Origin: Octopus bimaculoides
Taxonomy: Eukaryota
Direction of reading: 5' to 3'
Assembly: GCF_001194135.2 (NCBI RefSeq)
Contig: NC_068982.1
Location: forward strand, 108,415,498-108,479,497
DNA: 64,000 bases
In this document: positions 1-13,013 of the stretch, piece after piece
Position numbering within the stretch: the stretch's first letter is position 1
How the letters are laid out: each line of letters begins with the position of its first letter
Program-made: the position numbers and the translations under genes
The notes under the pieces: generated by a model
Database searches by the model: none
What the model was told of the DNA's origin: nothing
Seen by the model: only the letters and a program-made list of their open reading frames with translations

Positions 1-512
1 TGTCTTCATTCCAAGGATACCTCTCATTTCAAATGATCTCCCCTTTCAGTTCAAGAGACTGCAGTTTCCGGTCAAACTTACCTTTGCAATGTCTATCAAC
101 AAAGCACAAGGTCAATCTCTAAAGGTGGTGGGACTTAACCTCCTTCAACCTTGCTTCTCACATGGTCAGCTGAATGCTGGATGTTCTAGAGTTGGAGATG
201 AAAAGAACCTCTACATTCTCAGTGATAAACATGGCAAGACAGAAAACATAGTATATGAAGAAGCACTTACATGAATAGTATGTACATGACATATACAAAA
301 GTGTAAAACCATTGAGTGTTAAAGTAAGTATTTCTATTACACTTTCCCTTTTCGACTGACATGCATCAATGTATATCTGTGTATATAACAGTAAAACAAA
401 AACGTGGTATATTCGCTGTGTGAATTTTTTTTCATTTAAGCCCCATTTTAATTATCGTAAAAGTTTCCAAGTACCAATAAGCAACAATTTCATTCCCGGG
501 TGGCTCTGCTAG
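1..512 (+). mobile_element. Helitron 3' end (PIF1-type helicase C-terminus plus CTAG terminus), truncated by window edge
   Basis: Frame from nt 2 reads VFIPRIPLISNDLPFQFKRLQFPVKLTFAMSINKAQGQSLKVVGLNLLQPCFSHGQL...SRV...NIVYEEALT* (stop 272-274), typical of Helitron RepHel C-termini. Downstream CCCGGG hairpin remnant, then CTAG (509-512) followed by T. Confidence 0.88.
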
Positions 513-1129
513 TATATTATATATGATACATAGATGACTATTTTAATTTAATACTACCTCAATTGTATATACTGGATTTCTCTTCAGCTGGGCAGCAATT
601 CACAACATCAGTGACTGCTTTAGTAACTGTTATCTATGTCAGAAGTGATGAATTCTCACCTAAGCATGTGGATGGCTGCAAGTAGGCTGTTATTGGGACA
701 AATTTTTGTCTCTCTTTGATACTTATTGTGTTTTTGACACAGCACATCAAGGAAAGATATTATTTCAGCACAAAAACAAACATAACTGACCAACTGACAA
801 TGTGTATACATTGCATATGATACATAGATGGCTATTTTAATTTTAATACTGCCTCAATTGAGTATTCAGGATCAATATATCATAAATGATCCCAATAATA
901 TTTCAAAACAAACTTACTTCAGTAACTTACTTATCCAAACACCAACTGCAGGAATGAGTATATAGTTGTTTGGGAACCACTTGAATAAACCAGGTGGATC
1001 AGTAATGTTTCCACTGTTGTTTTTTAACATCAAATGAAACATGCTTGAGGAAACTTATGGTCAGACATTTCAGTTTGTGACCATCCTGTCTTTTTATGAG
1101 TATCTATGAGTACATTTTCTACTGGACTT

Positions 1130-3372
1130 TTTTCTTGATTTCAGCACATGATGTGGAAGACAACTGGAGTTTTCTATAGGACAACCTGCTGAGGGCCACT
1201 GACCAGATTTGTGGATGCTGCAAAGTCTCCTCTCAACCTTAGGTAACGCTTTGATGGAACAATTTAGTTGACAGAGCCATTAGGGAAAAGAAACAGGCAT
1301 GGAAGGACTGGAAGAACAGTGGTAGCAGGGAATTGTATCAGGCTGCCAGAAGGGAAGCTAGGTCACAGGTTTATTTAGCCAGAGGGGAAGCAGATATGAA
1401 AAAATTTGCCAATGTTCTGCGCCGTGAGGACCAAAGATTTGAGGTGTTTCATGTTGCAAGCCAATGTGTAAGAGAGAATCATGATGTCGTAGGAGAGAAA
1501 TGTGTCCGCATGGATGACAGCTCACTTGCATTTAATGAGGCTGCAAGGAGAGAAACTCGGTGACACCACTATGAAAGGTTGCTAAATGTAAGGAATGAAT
1601 GGGAGAAAGAAAGTCTGCCGAATGTCAACCCAACAGAGGAACAGCTATCCAAATTGACAGTAACATGGTAGATAAAGCAATTAAGGGTATGAAGACATGT
1701 ACAGGGATGCTGTCAGTAAGGTGAGGGTTGGCAACAAGTACTGTGAAAAATTCCGGGTTGGGGTCCACCTAGGATCAGTCCTCAGCCCCCTCTTATTCAT
1801 CATAGTCCTCCAGACAATAACAGAGGAATTCAAGACAGGATGCCACTGGGAGCCTCTCGATGCTGATGACCTTGCTCTAATTGCTGAGTTACTATCAGAA
1901 CTAGAGGAAAAGTTTCAGATGTGGAAGCAAGGACTAGAATCAAAGGGCCTTAGAGTCAACCTAGCAAAAACCAAAGTCCTAATAAGTAGGAAGGCAGACA
2001 AGCCACAAATCCCTTCAGGTAGATAGCCCTGCTCAATCTGTAGAAAAGGCGTAGGTAGAAACTCCATAAGATGTACCCAGTGTAAGCTATGGACACATAA
2101 GTGGGGCAGCAATATCAAAGGAAGGCTAACCAGGAAGATAGTTTTTGTATGTGGCAAATGTTCAGGAGAAATAGACACTGAAAATGTGCAGAAAACAGCT
2201 TCCATCACATTCCAGGGGAAAACTACTACGTGACCAAGTTAGTAGCAGGGGTGAATACTCTGAAAATGTAGCTGCTAGAATAAGAATATCCTGGGCAAAG
2301 CTCAGGAAGCTCCTACTTCTACTGGTGACAAAAGGCCTCTCGCTCAGAGTAAAAGGTAGACTGTATGGCGCATGTGTGTGAACAGCCATGCTACATGGCA
2401 GTGAAACATGGGCCATGACTGCTGAGGACATGCGTAAGCTTGCAAGGAATGAAGCCAGTATGTTACGCTGGATGTGTAATATCACTGTGCATACACGACA
2501 GAGTGTAAGCACCTTGAGAGAAAAGTTGGACTTAAGAAGCATCAGATGTGGTGTGCAAGAAAGACGACTCACTGGTATGGTCATGTGTTGCGAATGGATG
2601 AGGACAGCTGTATGAAACAGTGTCACACCCTAGCAGTAGAGAGAACCTGTGGAAGAGGTAGACCCAGGAAGACATGGGGTGAGGTGGTGAAGCATGACCT
2701 TCGAACATTGGGCCTCACCGAGGCAATGACAAGTGACCGAGACTTTTGGAGATATGCTGTGCTTGAGAAAACCCAGCAAGCCAAGTGAGACCATAACTGT
2801 GGCCTATGCCAGTGCAGCATAACCAGCTCAATTAAGAGTACCCTTCAATTGTTGGGCAATAAACTATGCTTGCAAAGACCTGTTGAGGCAAGTGAAATCA
2901 TTGTCATGGCCGATGACAGCACCGCCTGATTGGCACCCTTGCCAGTGGCACATTAAAAGCATTATTCGAGCTTGATGGTTGCCAGTGCCAACTGACTGGA
3001 TCCCATGCCAGTGGCACGTAATAAGCACCATTTGAGCATGATCATTGCCAGTGTCACCTGACTGGCTCCTGTGCTGGTGACACATAAAAAACACCATTCG
3101 AGCATGGTCGTTGCTAGTGCCGCCTAACTGGCTCCTGTGCTGGTGGCATGTAAATAGCACTATTTGAACATTGTCAATGCCAGTACCGCTTGACTGGCCC
3201 TCATGCCAGTGGCACATAAAAAGCACCCACTACACTCTCGGAGTGGTTGGTGTTAGGAAGGGCATCCAGATCAGATTGGAGCCTGGTGCAGCCTTCTGGC
3301 TCACCAGCCCTCAGTCAAACTGTCCAAACCATGCCAGCATGGAAAGCAGACATTAAACAATGATGCTGATGA
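1130..3372 (+). mobile_element. RTE-clade LINE, 5'-truncated, internally deleted, frameshifted; 3' UTR with ~66-bp tandem units and (GAT)n-like tail
   Basis: RT motifs in ORF pieces: GVHLGSVLSPLLFIIVL, LDADDLAL, GLRVNLAKTKVL, MLHGSETW, RGRPRKTW. Near-identical 3' end to the copy at 61107-62523. Lies in CDK7 intron 7, antisense to CDK7. Confidence 0.88.
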
Positions 3373-3375
3373 TTA

Positions 3376-3609
<234 letters not shown>

Positions 3610-4756
3610 TCATGAAAAGAAAATTATAAACAGAATTTATAAGAGAAAACAAAACCAGAAAAACATTACATTTTGCAGTGTTATAGCAATCATGTTAGCA
3701 GTTGTTGATTGACCCTGCAAGCCAGCTCTGACCAAACAAACCCATAATGGTCAATGGCATTCTAACTATGACTAACTCGTCTCTTTTTCAGACAATCTAT
3801 CAAAAACCACCTCAAGATATCTGTTAGATTTTAAAACAGAATCTCTCTCTCTCCCCTACCCCAACTTACCCTTTATCTACTCCACCCACCATCGTATTTT
3901 TCACCTATCCACATCTTTATTACACTGCTGAACTCCTTTGGTACTAGGATGCTTCACAGAATTATGGGTTATGTAAAAAGCATCCAGTCCACATACCAAC
4001 AAATGGTAGATGCAGCGGTGCACTACAATGGCACATGCCATCATACCCAACATGTTGCTTTCCACCTTTTCTATACCACCACCTAACATCTCATTTCTAA
4101 GCCACTTCTTTTGTGCTCACCATCCCAACAAACTTGCATTTACCATCAACCACATTTCCACCCTTGTTCACCATTCACTACATTCATCTCCACCTCCATG
4201 TCACTTTCTCTTCACAAACTTAACCGCCACCCTTCTTGATCTTCTGTTCCTATTCTCTCTTCTACTCATTTTCTTGTACCTTGAGAAAACACCCTGATAT
4301 TTCATCATTACCATGTTTATCTATCTTCCCAGCTACTCCCACCCACCTTTATATAATACAAGATAGCCATGTATCTTCTCTACAGCAAGACTCCTATTCT
4401 TGTCTCTCTATCATACTTTAACCTCTCAAAACTTAGCATAAAGCAATCTCCCTTTTTACAACACCCTCACTCATTTGAAGGGGACTCTTTTTTTATCCTG
4501 CAAGTTACTTAGTTACTTCACTAGTGCCGGTGAACATCTGTAGGAAATGAGACAGCGGTAGTTCAGATGAGGAACAATAAGGAAAAGTATTAGGCCTGAG
4601 ACCTTAGAGGCAAAACTTTGCAAGGATGAGATGAGATAAATGGATTTAACTGGAGACAGCCTGCGACTAGATAGTTCAGAGAAGTAAGTAGTGGTAAAAA
4701 AAGGCAGACGCAAAACACACATACCTACAAGCTAGTAGTTGAATCTTTACAAACCA

Positions 4757-4759
<3 letters not shown>

Positions 4760-4806
<47 letters not shown>

Positions 4807-4938
4807 CAGAAAGAGAAAAAGAGAGAGAGAGAGAGAAAAAGAGAGAGAAAAAGAGAGAGAGAGAGAGAGAAAAAGAGAGAGAGAGAGAGAAAAAGAGAGA
4901 GAGAGAGAGAGAGAAAAAGAGAGAGAGAGAGAGAGAGA
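4760..4938. repeat. (GA)n compound microsatellite in CDK7 intron 6
   Basis: Direct reading. Confidence 0.95.
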
Positions 4939-5156
4939 AATACTTAGACAGGCATGGATAACCTTTTACTAAAATTGGCTCATCATTAGGTGAGCTGCAC
5001 CACTAAAAAAAAATTCAGGTAATTTATCATTAGGCATGTATGCTATTCAGAAAGTCTTGTGGATTGCAGTTTCTCCATGACTAGTCTAAGCTATCTTGAG
5101 CAATGAAGAAGACTCTGTCAACATTTCTGTTTAAATAAAATGTTATCCATACTAAC

Positions 5157-5275
5157 CTTGTAACAACTTGATGTGTATAGATTCGATTGGGCGATCCATA
5201 AAATTTAGCCAGACCAAAATCTCCAAGTTTTAGAACTCCTTCATCATTAATTAGTAAATTATTGGGCTTCAGATC
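5157..5275 (-). CDS. CDK7: CDK7 exon 6 (catalytic loop end, DFG, T-loop)
   Basis: 119 nt, cttag|...|gttagt; [39 protein letters not shown](R). T-loop Ser (GSP) and Thr (YTHQ) are conserved. Confidence 0.96.
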
Positions 5276-5790
5276 CTAAGAACAAAAAAAAAAAAAACAT
5301 TATTTTTAATGACCAATTTGGTTTAATATCTTTGTTTTTGCTTTTCACAGAAAATTATTTTACATCATCAAAAAATATTACATTACATCCATCCCTTTGC
5401 ATCAGGAAATTTTTCTCAAAAGCTGATTGAGCTACTCATTTCAAGCATTCTATAATATACAATTTTCAAAACTTTACGCACCCACAGTGTATCATTTGTG
5501 TGCATCACCTAATTATACAAATCCAGTTGAGGTTTCAGATAACTTTAATGATGAGAGTAGGAGTTGAGATGATGAATATGTAAATTAAGCATTAAACTAA
5601 TTTATGAGATTACTACAAGACAGAAGCTCAGGTTTGGTACCATACTTCACAAACTTAAAATCTGTCACCATACCTTTCCAAACAAATATGCAAATAAATA
5701 TTTACATTTCATAATTAAGGATCATAAAATGTCATAAGAAATAAACAAAAAGAATCAGCAGAGAGGAAAAAGAAATCGCAAGTAACTTAC

Positions 5791-5901
5791 TCTGTGCAAA
5801 ATCCAGTGTGCATGAAGGTAGTTAAGGCCTTCTAAGGTCTGTAGAATATATGATTTGATGTGAGATGGTGTTAACACAATGCTGGAGTCCTTGATGATTA
5901 T
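5791..5901 (-). CDS. CDK7: CDK7 exon 5
   Basis: 111 nt, ttcag|...|gtaagt; [37 protein letters not shown]. Confidence 0.96.
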
Positions 5902-6678
5902 CTGAAATTGAAACAAATCAAAGGAAAGTTTAAAAGACAAGACAATATTTGCTTCTCATTAAGGTATAAGGCCAGCAATTTTGAGAGGAAGTGTTTAGTT
6001 AATGACCCCTGTAATCAATTGGTGCTTTATTTTATTGACTTTGAAAGCAAAGTTGACCTCAGTATGATTTTAACTCAGAACATACAATGCAAGAAAAAAT
6101 GCTGCAAAGCATTTTGTCCAATGCTCGAACAGTTCTGGCACTCATCATCATCATCACTACCATCATTTAATGTCCCTTTATCTATACTGGCATGAATTGG
6201 ACAGTTCAATAAGAACAGATGAGCCAAAATGCATTGTCAGCTTCTATGTCTGCTTTGGCACAGTTCTAGAGCAAGATACCCTTCTTAATGCCAACCACTT
6301 GACAGAGTGTACTGGGTGCTTTTTACATGACACCAGCACCAGTGAGATTGCCAAATACCAGCTAGATAAGACCCCCTTAACTGAGTGGGGTATAGACTGG
6401 AGAAAGAAACTGATAGAGGAAGAGGAGCAAGTGTCTTGCTGAAGAAGTGACTACATGGCTTTCCCACCTAGAAAGTGAGAGAGAAGATATGTGAAGTCTA
6501 GGTACAATGTGAACATGAGACAGAATAGGAAATGCACTGAGAGAAAATAGTGGGACAGATGATTAGAGATAGGAATGAGTTGAATGCAGAGGATATCAGT
6601 TCAGTATAGCAGGAAGTCAAGAAAATAGATGAGTTATGGGGGAAGGCTTGACACAGCTTCAGTTTTGCTGAGATGGAT

Positions 6679-7197
6679 GGGTCTTCTCAAGCACAGAATA
6701 ACACCATTCATCTCATTTCCTCATCATATCCTCTGAGAGGCTCAACATCTTGAGGTCAGTCTTCACCACTTCATCCCATGTCTCCCAAGGTCTACCTCTT
6801 CCACATGTTCTTTCCAGGTTTAGTGATTGGCACTTCTATCTACTGCTATCCTCATTCATCCATATCACATGACTATAACAGTGGAATCTTCTCTACTGCA
6901 TCTGATGCCTCTTTTGCCTAGTTTTTCTGTGCTTTGTCATACATGCACACTGACATTGCACATCTATCGAAGCATACTTATTTCATTTCTTTCAAGTTTC
7001 CACATGTCCTTTGCATTCACAGCCCAAGTTTCATGGTCATGTAGCATTGCTGTTCATACACAGGCATCATACAATCTACCTTTCATTCTGAGAGAGAGAG
7101 ACCTTTTGTTACTAATAGGAGTAAAAATTTTCTGAACATTCTTCAGCCAATTTGTATTCTAGCAACTATACTTTCAAAGCATCATCCTCCATTGCTA
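6679..7197 (-). mobile_element. Diverged RTE LINE fragment (ORF 3' end) in CDK7 intron 4
   Basis: Reverse complement aligns by eye to 2242-2771 (RGRPRKTW region through AVLEKT). Confidence 0.75.
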
Positions 7198-8246
7198 ATA
7201 ATAATGATTTCATTTATCAGCCAGAAGGCCCCAAGATGTTGAGGACAAGTGGTGGGGGGATCCATCATCAGCAAAATAATAAAAGCACATTGATAAGCAT
7301 AATAAATACCACTAACAGTATACAGTAGCAAAATAAGAAGAAGAAAGGATCCCAAAACTGAGTGGATTATAAGGAGATTAGGGTCACTTCATATGCAAAC
7401 CTGGATTACCTTAACACACCAAATACAAGTATTTTTCCCAACTCTTGCCACAAATTTACAGCTGCATAATTACACAAAAAAAACTACAATAAGAAACCAA
7501 AAAAAAATCTGTTTTCTGATTTTATGGAAGCCAGTAAATACAAAATAGAAGTGAAATGATAGACAGTTGAGAGGAAAAAGGAAAAACAACAGAAATTGTG
7601 AACTCAAATCTATTGTCTATATAACACAATAGCCCTTTGGCATTTAACTGGCTATATCCAGCCATAATATTCTGCCTGCTTTATGTTCAAACTGGCCAGA
7701 TACGGCCTCTCACACCAACCCTACAATATTATTCTAAAAATAACCACTCACACTGAAATCTTGAAGCTGCAAGATAATGACTTAGTAATTCAAAGCAATG
7801 TGAATAAATAAGCATTACTTTTGACAGAATAATCTGAATGCAAAAAGGTTAAAAACATGAATGGAATGCAATCATACAATCTTCCAGGTCCTCTATGAGG
7901 AAAGTTTGTACAAGTCTGATCTACTTCTTAGATCTGTTTCTGCTTCCACCACCACCACCAGCTCATAACACATTCTCAAACATCTTACACGTCAAGTGAC
8001 CATACTATAACTATGCTTCCCTGCATACAACAACCGCTTTCTCAATTTAAGATTTCTGCCTACAGCATCAAGTTTCACAGCTGCATACTATAACAGTTTG
8101 GCACATGCTTTATGAAAGTTCTCTCCACTATCATAATTTAATTGCTAATCAGTCATTCCATCAGAATTCACAGTTGGTTTTTATTCTAAAAATAAATAGC
8201 ATCAAAATCCTTAATATAATAATAAAATATAATCAATGGAACTTAC

Positions 8247-8315
8247 TTCAAGGTCTGTTTCCATGAAATCAAACACAAGACTAACATTTGATTTGTGTCC
8301 AAAAACATTTAGCAG
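8247..8315 (-). CDS. CDK7: CDK7 exon 4
   Basis: 69 nt, tccag|...|gtaagt; [23 protein letters not shown]. Confidence 0.96.
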
Positions 8316-8974
8316 CTGGAACAAAAATAAGCAATAAATGATTAAGTTACTGAATTCCTGGTCCATAAACATTAGATTAAGATCAATGCTAGATTAGTAG
8401 TTTCATTTGTTTTTTAATTTTAAGATTCGACAATTCCTTAAATATTGCTAATAATGATGAAAAGTAGATGGCCTAGAATCAGGAATGTTATACCAGGAAA
8501 ATTTCTTGAATCACAGAGAAATTTTCTTAAAAAGATATCAATTTAAGATCACAATTTGACTACTGATTATTTCAAAATATATAATTCCAGTAAAGTTAAC
8601 TAATATTTATCACTGCTTTCAACTAAGTTTTTTACATAACAAATTTGCAGAGAATTAAATAGCTATCACCATATTAATTCATGTATAATATGCACTCATG
8701 TATAAGGTGCACCCTTAATTAATCTCAGAAAAAGGCCTCTAGTATATATATACAAAAAGAAAATTTAAAAGTGACCTTACAACTGGTGCAGTTCATGCAC
8801 CTGCTGTAAAGTCAACATTGTGAAAATCATAGTCATGACTTTTCATGAAAAAAATGTGTGCCATATATTGAAAAATACAGTAAATAACATTTAATGAAAT
8901 ATTAAATATAAAACAATTTGAATAGATATGGTTATCTCAGTTTTAAAGAACAAATGATAGACAGTATAACTTAC

Positions 8975-9076
8975 ACCAATAATATTAGGATGACTGATTT
9001 CTTGGAGCAATTTGATTTCTCGTAAAGCAGTCCGATTTATTCCATCAGCTGCTTCAGCTCTGGTGCCAATTTTAAT
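8975..9076 (-). CDS. CDK7: CDK7 exon 3 (alphaC helix)
   Basis: 102 nt, tttag|...|gtaagt; [41 protein letters not shown] is the CDK7 signature. Confidence 0.97.
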
Positions 9077-10305
9077 CTAAAAGAGCATGAAAAAAAGAAA
9101 TTCAGATACAATGATAACAGTCAGTTTAAATAAATATTTTATATAAAAAAAGAAGAGTGGTAACTGGGTGGTTAGTTAAAAGTTGAAACCCTATTGTTGG
9201 TCTTGCATCATAACCCTTAGCATACTGTGTTTCTCTGCCTAGTCAATAATAATGATAGCAGTGTATATACATCTGAAAGTATGGTAGTAGAAAGTTGACT
9301 TCTGAGGAAAGTTAACAGACAATTCTGTTCAACAATCCTATGCAAACAGGGGAACTAGTGACAAATAGTAAGTACTAAGAAAAGATATGATGTACATAAG
9401 GTAAATTTGAACAGTTTTACGAAATATGTCATGTTTAAAGAAACATTTATTATTTTTATATATAGTATAATAATTATGACAGTCAGAAATAATGTAGAAC
9501 TGTATTAGCACCATGCTTCAAATGTTTTTTTAGAGTTGACTCACTAGGATCAATAAAATAATATCAATATTTGTAGGAAATCAAAACTCACCTTCACTCT
9601 TTCTTTAAAAAAAAAAAGAAGTGATTGTTGGGTTAATTACTTAAAAATATAGCATGAGCATCATAAATGGATGATATAGAAAGAATACATAAAAAAACAC
9701 ACTTTATAATAGCAACTGAAGGACTATAAAGTTCTGCAGACAAAATGTCCAAATCGTGAGTGAATGCTTTGGACGGTTAGACAGATCTGAGGACTGCATC
9801 ATGCTCTGATGTCTGCTTTGGGATCTTCCTATGACTGAATACCATTCTTAATGCCAACCACTTTGAAACATGTACTAGATTTCTTTCTTGTGACACCAGG
9901 ACTAGTGAGGCAGCCATACAGCTTGCAAGACTAAGATCCCCTTCTAGCTCCAGTAAAGAAGGAAGTGGCTTTATGCTAGAAGACAGGGGTTAAATTTTGA
10001 GAGAAGGTACTCATACAGAATGGATTTCTTGCTGTAAAGGAGCTGCATAGCTACTCACTTTATAGAAGAGAGTGTGGGAGTGAAAGAGGTGGAGCTGATA
10101 AAGATAAGGTGTCACAGTAAACCTCAAGGTATGAGGCAAGTGGAATTTGGAGCAGGAGAACTGGAGGTGTAGATGAATAGAGGTTGCAAGAGTGTATGGG
10201 AAAGTGAAAGATGGTTAGAGATGATGAAAATAAATTTTTTAAATTATAAATTACTATAATAAAAATGTAACATTTATTTTGGAGGCTGTAAATGAAAAAT
10301 ATTAC

Positions 10306-10365
10306 CTTTTTAACAGCAACAATTCTGTCATCTACAAGGTCTTTGGCTTTGTATACTGTAGCAAA
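10306..10365 (-). CDS. CDK7: CDK7 exon 2
   Basis: 60 nt, ttcag|...|gtaata; FATVYKAKDLVDDRIVAVKK. Confidence 0.95.
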
Positions 10366-10509
10366 CTGAAATAAAATGTAAGTGAACAATTTTGAGGCAG
10401 TCTGTGAATGAGTGTAAGCTGATAAGGCATTTTTCATATACTAAACTCATAGGGAAACATAAATATCATATCTCATTTCATATCCCCATCAACACCATCA
10501 TTACTTTTA

Positions 10510-10965
10510 CATTCAGATTTCTACGATGTCATGAGTTGGATGGATCTTCTCTAATATAGCATCTGATAATTTGTTGTAATCCTTTATTATCTCTTTCATT
10601 CAGCTTCTTAAGATCAGCTTTCACTACTTCTTCCCATATTTCCCTAAGTTTTCATCTTCCAATTGGATCACTTGGCATATCTTTCTTTCAGTTGCTATTC
10701 CTCCATATGCATCACAGTCTTCTCTCTTACTTCCTACATCTAATTCCTCTTATACACAGTCTTTTTCTCTCAGCTCATTTGCACACTGTCATTTATTGAA
10801 ACTAACATTACACATCACACAGAGTATGCTTGCATCATTTCTTCCCAGCATCACTCATTATCTGCATTCAGTGTCCATGTTTTGTTGCCATGCAACATCA
10901 CACTTCATACAATCTTTCCTTCACTAGGAGAAACTCCTAGTAATCATATATTAGCTTTCTGAATG
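10510..10965 (-). mobile_element. Old RTE-like LINE fragment in CDK7 intron 1
   Basis: Degenerate similarity to the reverse complement of the RTE ORF end. Confidence 0.5.
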
Positions 10966-12137
10966 TTTTCAGGGAATTAATAATTTCAGTTTTGTGTCTA
11001 TATAAGAATTAAATAAAACAAAGTAGGAGTAAGTAGTGGATCTGCTTAAAATGGAGAAAAGTGACATGTAGAGAAGTACCAATCTTAGATTTATAATAAA
11101 TTCAGTTGGATCAGCTACAAGATTTATTAGTAAAACTAGAAAAGAGGAATTTAAATCAAAGCTAGATACAATATTGATCTTCTGATTTCATATCATTCTG
11201 AAACAACTTTGCTTTTTATTCCTCAGTTTGTGCTAAAATAAGTAATACAACAATCGTAAGAAGTAATAGTTCGTAACAATCATACATAGAGCATATTAAA
11301 AGAAATTAAATAATACTATATGCTGTGGTTTGCAGTCTATTGTCCAAGAACACACACTCGAAGTATTGAAGACCGTATGCACAAAACCACTAAATATTGA
11401 AAAGAATATACAGCTCATAATAATCAAATATCTGTCACAGCTTGAGCATGATATGTAACAAAGTTTATTTTAATGTTTAGAGGGTGAAATATATAACTGA
11501 TTATATCATCTGGGAGACAAAAAAATGATATAAGTAGAGATCCCATCAATCGATTCAGTCATGTCAAATTGTTTAGTTGTTGGGTGGTTGTAAGGTAGTT
11601 GTATCGTCCATGTTAGTTTCTCTTCAAAATGTTGTACGCACCTGTTCCATACGGAGTTACATTCACGACGGAGTAGTTCTTTTAATTGTTTCATTTCTTG
11701 ATTATTAAGTAAGTTCTTCACTTTAGCGAGAGCTTTTTTTTAGAAATGTAGTCTTAAAAGTTAAATGTTAACAAGGGAGATCACCAAGAAATTACCAACA
11801 GCAATTTATCAGCTACAATAGTTATTTAATCCCACATCAAGTCTGTTCTATCGTATCTATAATTTAATCCGCGGCCAGTCCATCTTTTTCCGATGAGCAG
11901 GGAACCCAGGTCACAATATTTAAAGAGTCCTTTTTTTAAAGGGGTAAAGTGTAATTCGAGGGAAATTTGGCAGCTATTTCAAGCAGTCTAGTATCACGTA
12001 GAGGTTGTGGTTATCATCAAATGAGGGGTTTGTTTTAGCCTTAGCTTCGAACCTTAAGATAAAATTTACGTATCAGTGCTTTTACTTGAATAGACAAACA
12101 ATTTTGGCATGTACCATTCATTAAAAACGTTCTAAAA

Positions 12138-12310
12138 GGAGGCGAGCTGGCAGAATCGTTAGGACGTCGGATAAAAATACTTAGCGGCATTTTTTCCGGC
12201 TCATCCTAATGTAACAGATAAAATAAAAGTACCAGTCAAGTATTAGGGTCAATGTAATCGACTGGTCCCTTCCCATCAAAATTGCTGGCATTGTGCCAGA
12301 ATTTGAAAGA
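12138..12310 (+). mobile_element. tRNA-related SINE family B (representative copy; others near 15290-15505, 23490-23700, 26282-26410, 36385-36580, 46018-46215, 60205-60410, 60520-60670)
   Basis: Recurrent body GGCGAGCTGGCAGAATCGTTAG...GTACCAGT...GGGGTCGATGTAATCGACT...CAAAATTGCTGGCCTTGTGCC found repeatedly in both orientations. Confidence 0.7.
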
Positions 12311-12800
12311 ATTAAAAAGGTTCTTAGAAGAATTGGTAGATGTATGAAAAAGGATTTCAGGGGGAAAATTACATGTGCTAAGAACCGGATAAATAAAAGT
12401 TTACTAATCAAACTAGCTAAAAGTAAAAACTATAAAATATCAAATAAATTATTTAAGAAATAAAGATTAATTTTTGTTTAATGAGATGATTCATACATAA
12501 GTGAACTCATGGTGATTTTCTTCTAATATGAAAAAAAGTTTCATTACTTAGTATATAAAAATTGTCAGAGAAAGTTAATGATGGTGAGTACCACAAATAA
12601 TTAGAATGAGAATTTTATAATATAGGAAGATAGTGGAACTGTGATGTAAACAGTGATAAATTGAAATAGCACGTTGTTTTATGGCAAAAACAGAAATTAG
12701 AAGAAAAGGTAAATAATGTATCCCGTTATGAAATGCTTCGTGGGACTTCACTGCAATAAATTAAGACTAGAAAACCCCCAAAAAACAAAGAATATATTAC

Positions 12801-12854
12801 TTGTCCTTCTCCTAAGAACTCTATTTTTTCATACCGGCGCTGTTTCTCCACCAT
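12801..12854 (-). CDS. CDK7: CDK7 exon 1 (start codon, Gly-rich loop)
   Basis: ATG at 12854-12852; MVEKQRRYEKIEFLGEGQ|gtaata. Joins exon 2 in frame. Confidence 0.95.
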
Positions 12855-13013
12855 CTCGAACTGCCTTACCAATGTCGAGTGCCTCTGACTTTCTCTCTCC
12901 AGTTCGTAACTTTCTACTTCCGGAAATCATTGTTTATCTCGATTTATTCTCCAACCACTTGAAAATTTTTAATTCTTATTAAGAAATATATTTGTTCTAC
13001 ATGTGGCCCTCAT
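12855..13013. promoter_or_regulatory. Compact bidirectional promoter/5' UTR region shared by CDK7 and REXO2
   Basis: 159 bp between divergent ATGs; ETS/GABP-like ACTTCCGGAAAT at 12916-12927. TSS positions not determinable from sequence. Confidence 0.75.

Noticed and set aside
513-1130. CDK7 exon 8 (expected VPFLPGDSDLDQL-like)
   Set aside because: No matching frame found on the minus strand; the gene presumably continues left of the window. A 45-bp direct repeat (521-565, 815-860) here has no evident significance.
2905-3225. CRISPR-like array
   Set aside because: Eukaryotic context, units are contiguous without unique spacers, and they belong to a LINE UTR.
10060-10437. 125-aa ORF, and likewise 3373-3606, 5755-5940, 63244-63549
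   Set aside because: Real exons read through into introns; only the exon parts are annotated.
11506-11721. 71-aa minus-strand ORF in CDK7 intron 1
   Set aside because: No recognisable motif or splice support; probably decayed TE sequence.
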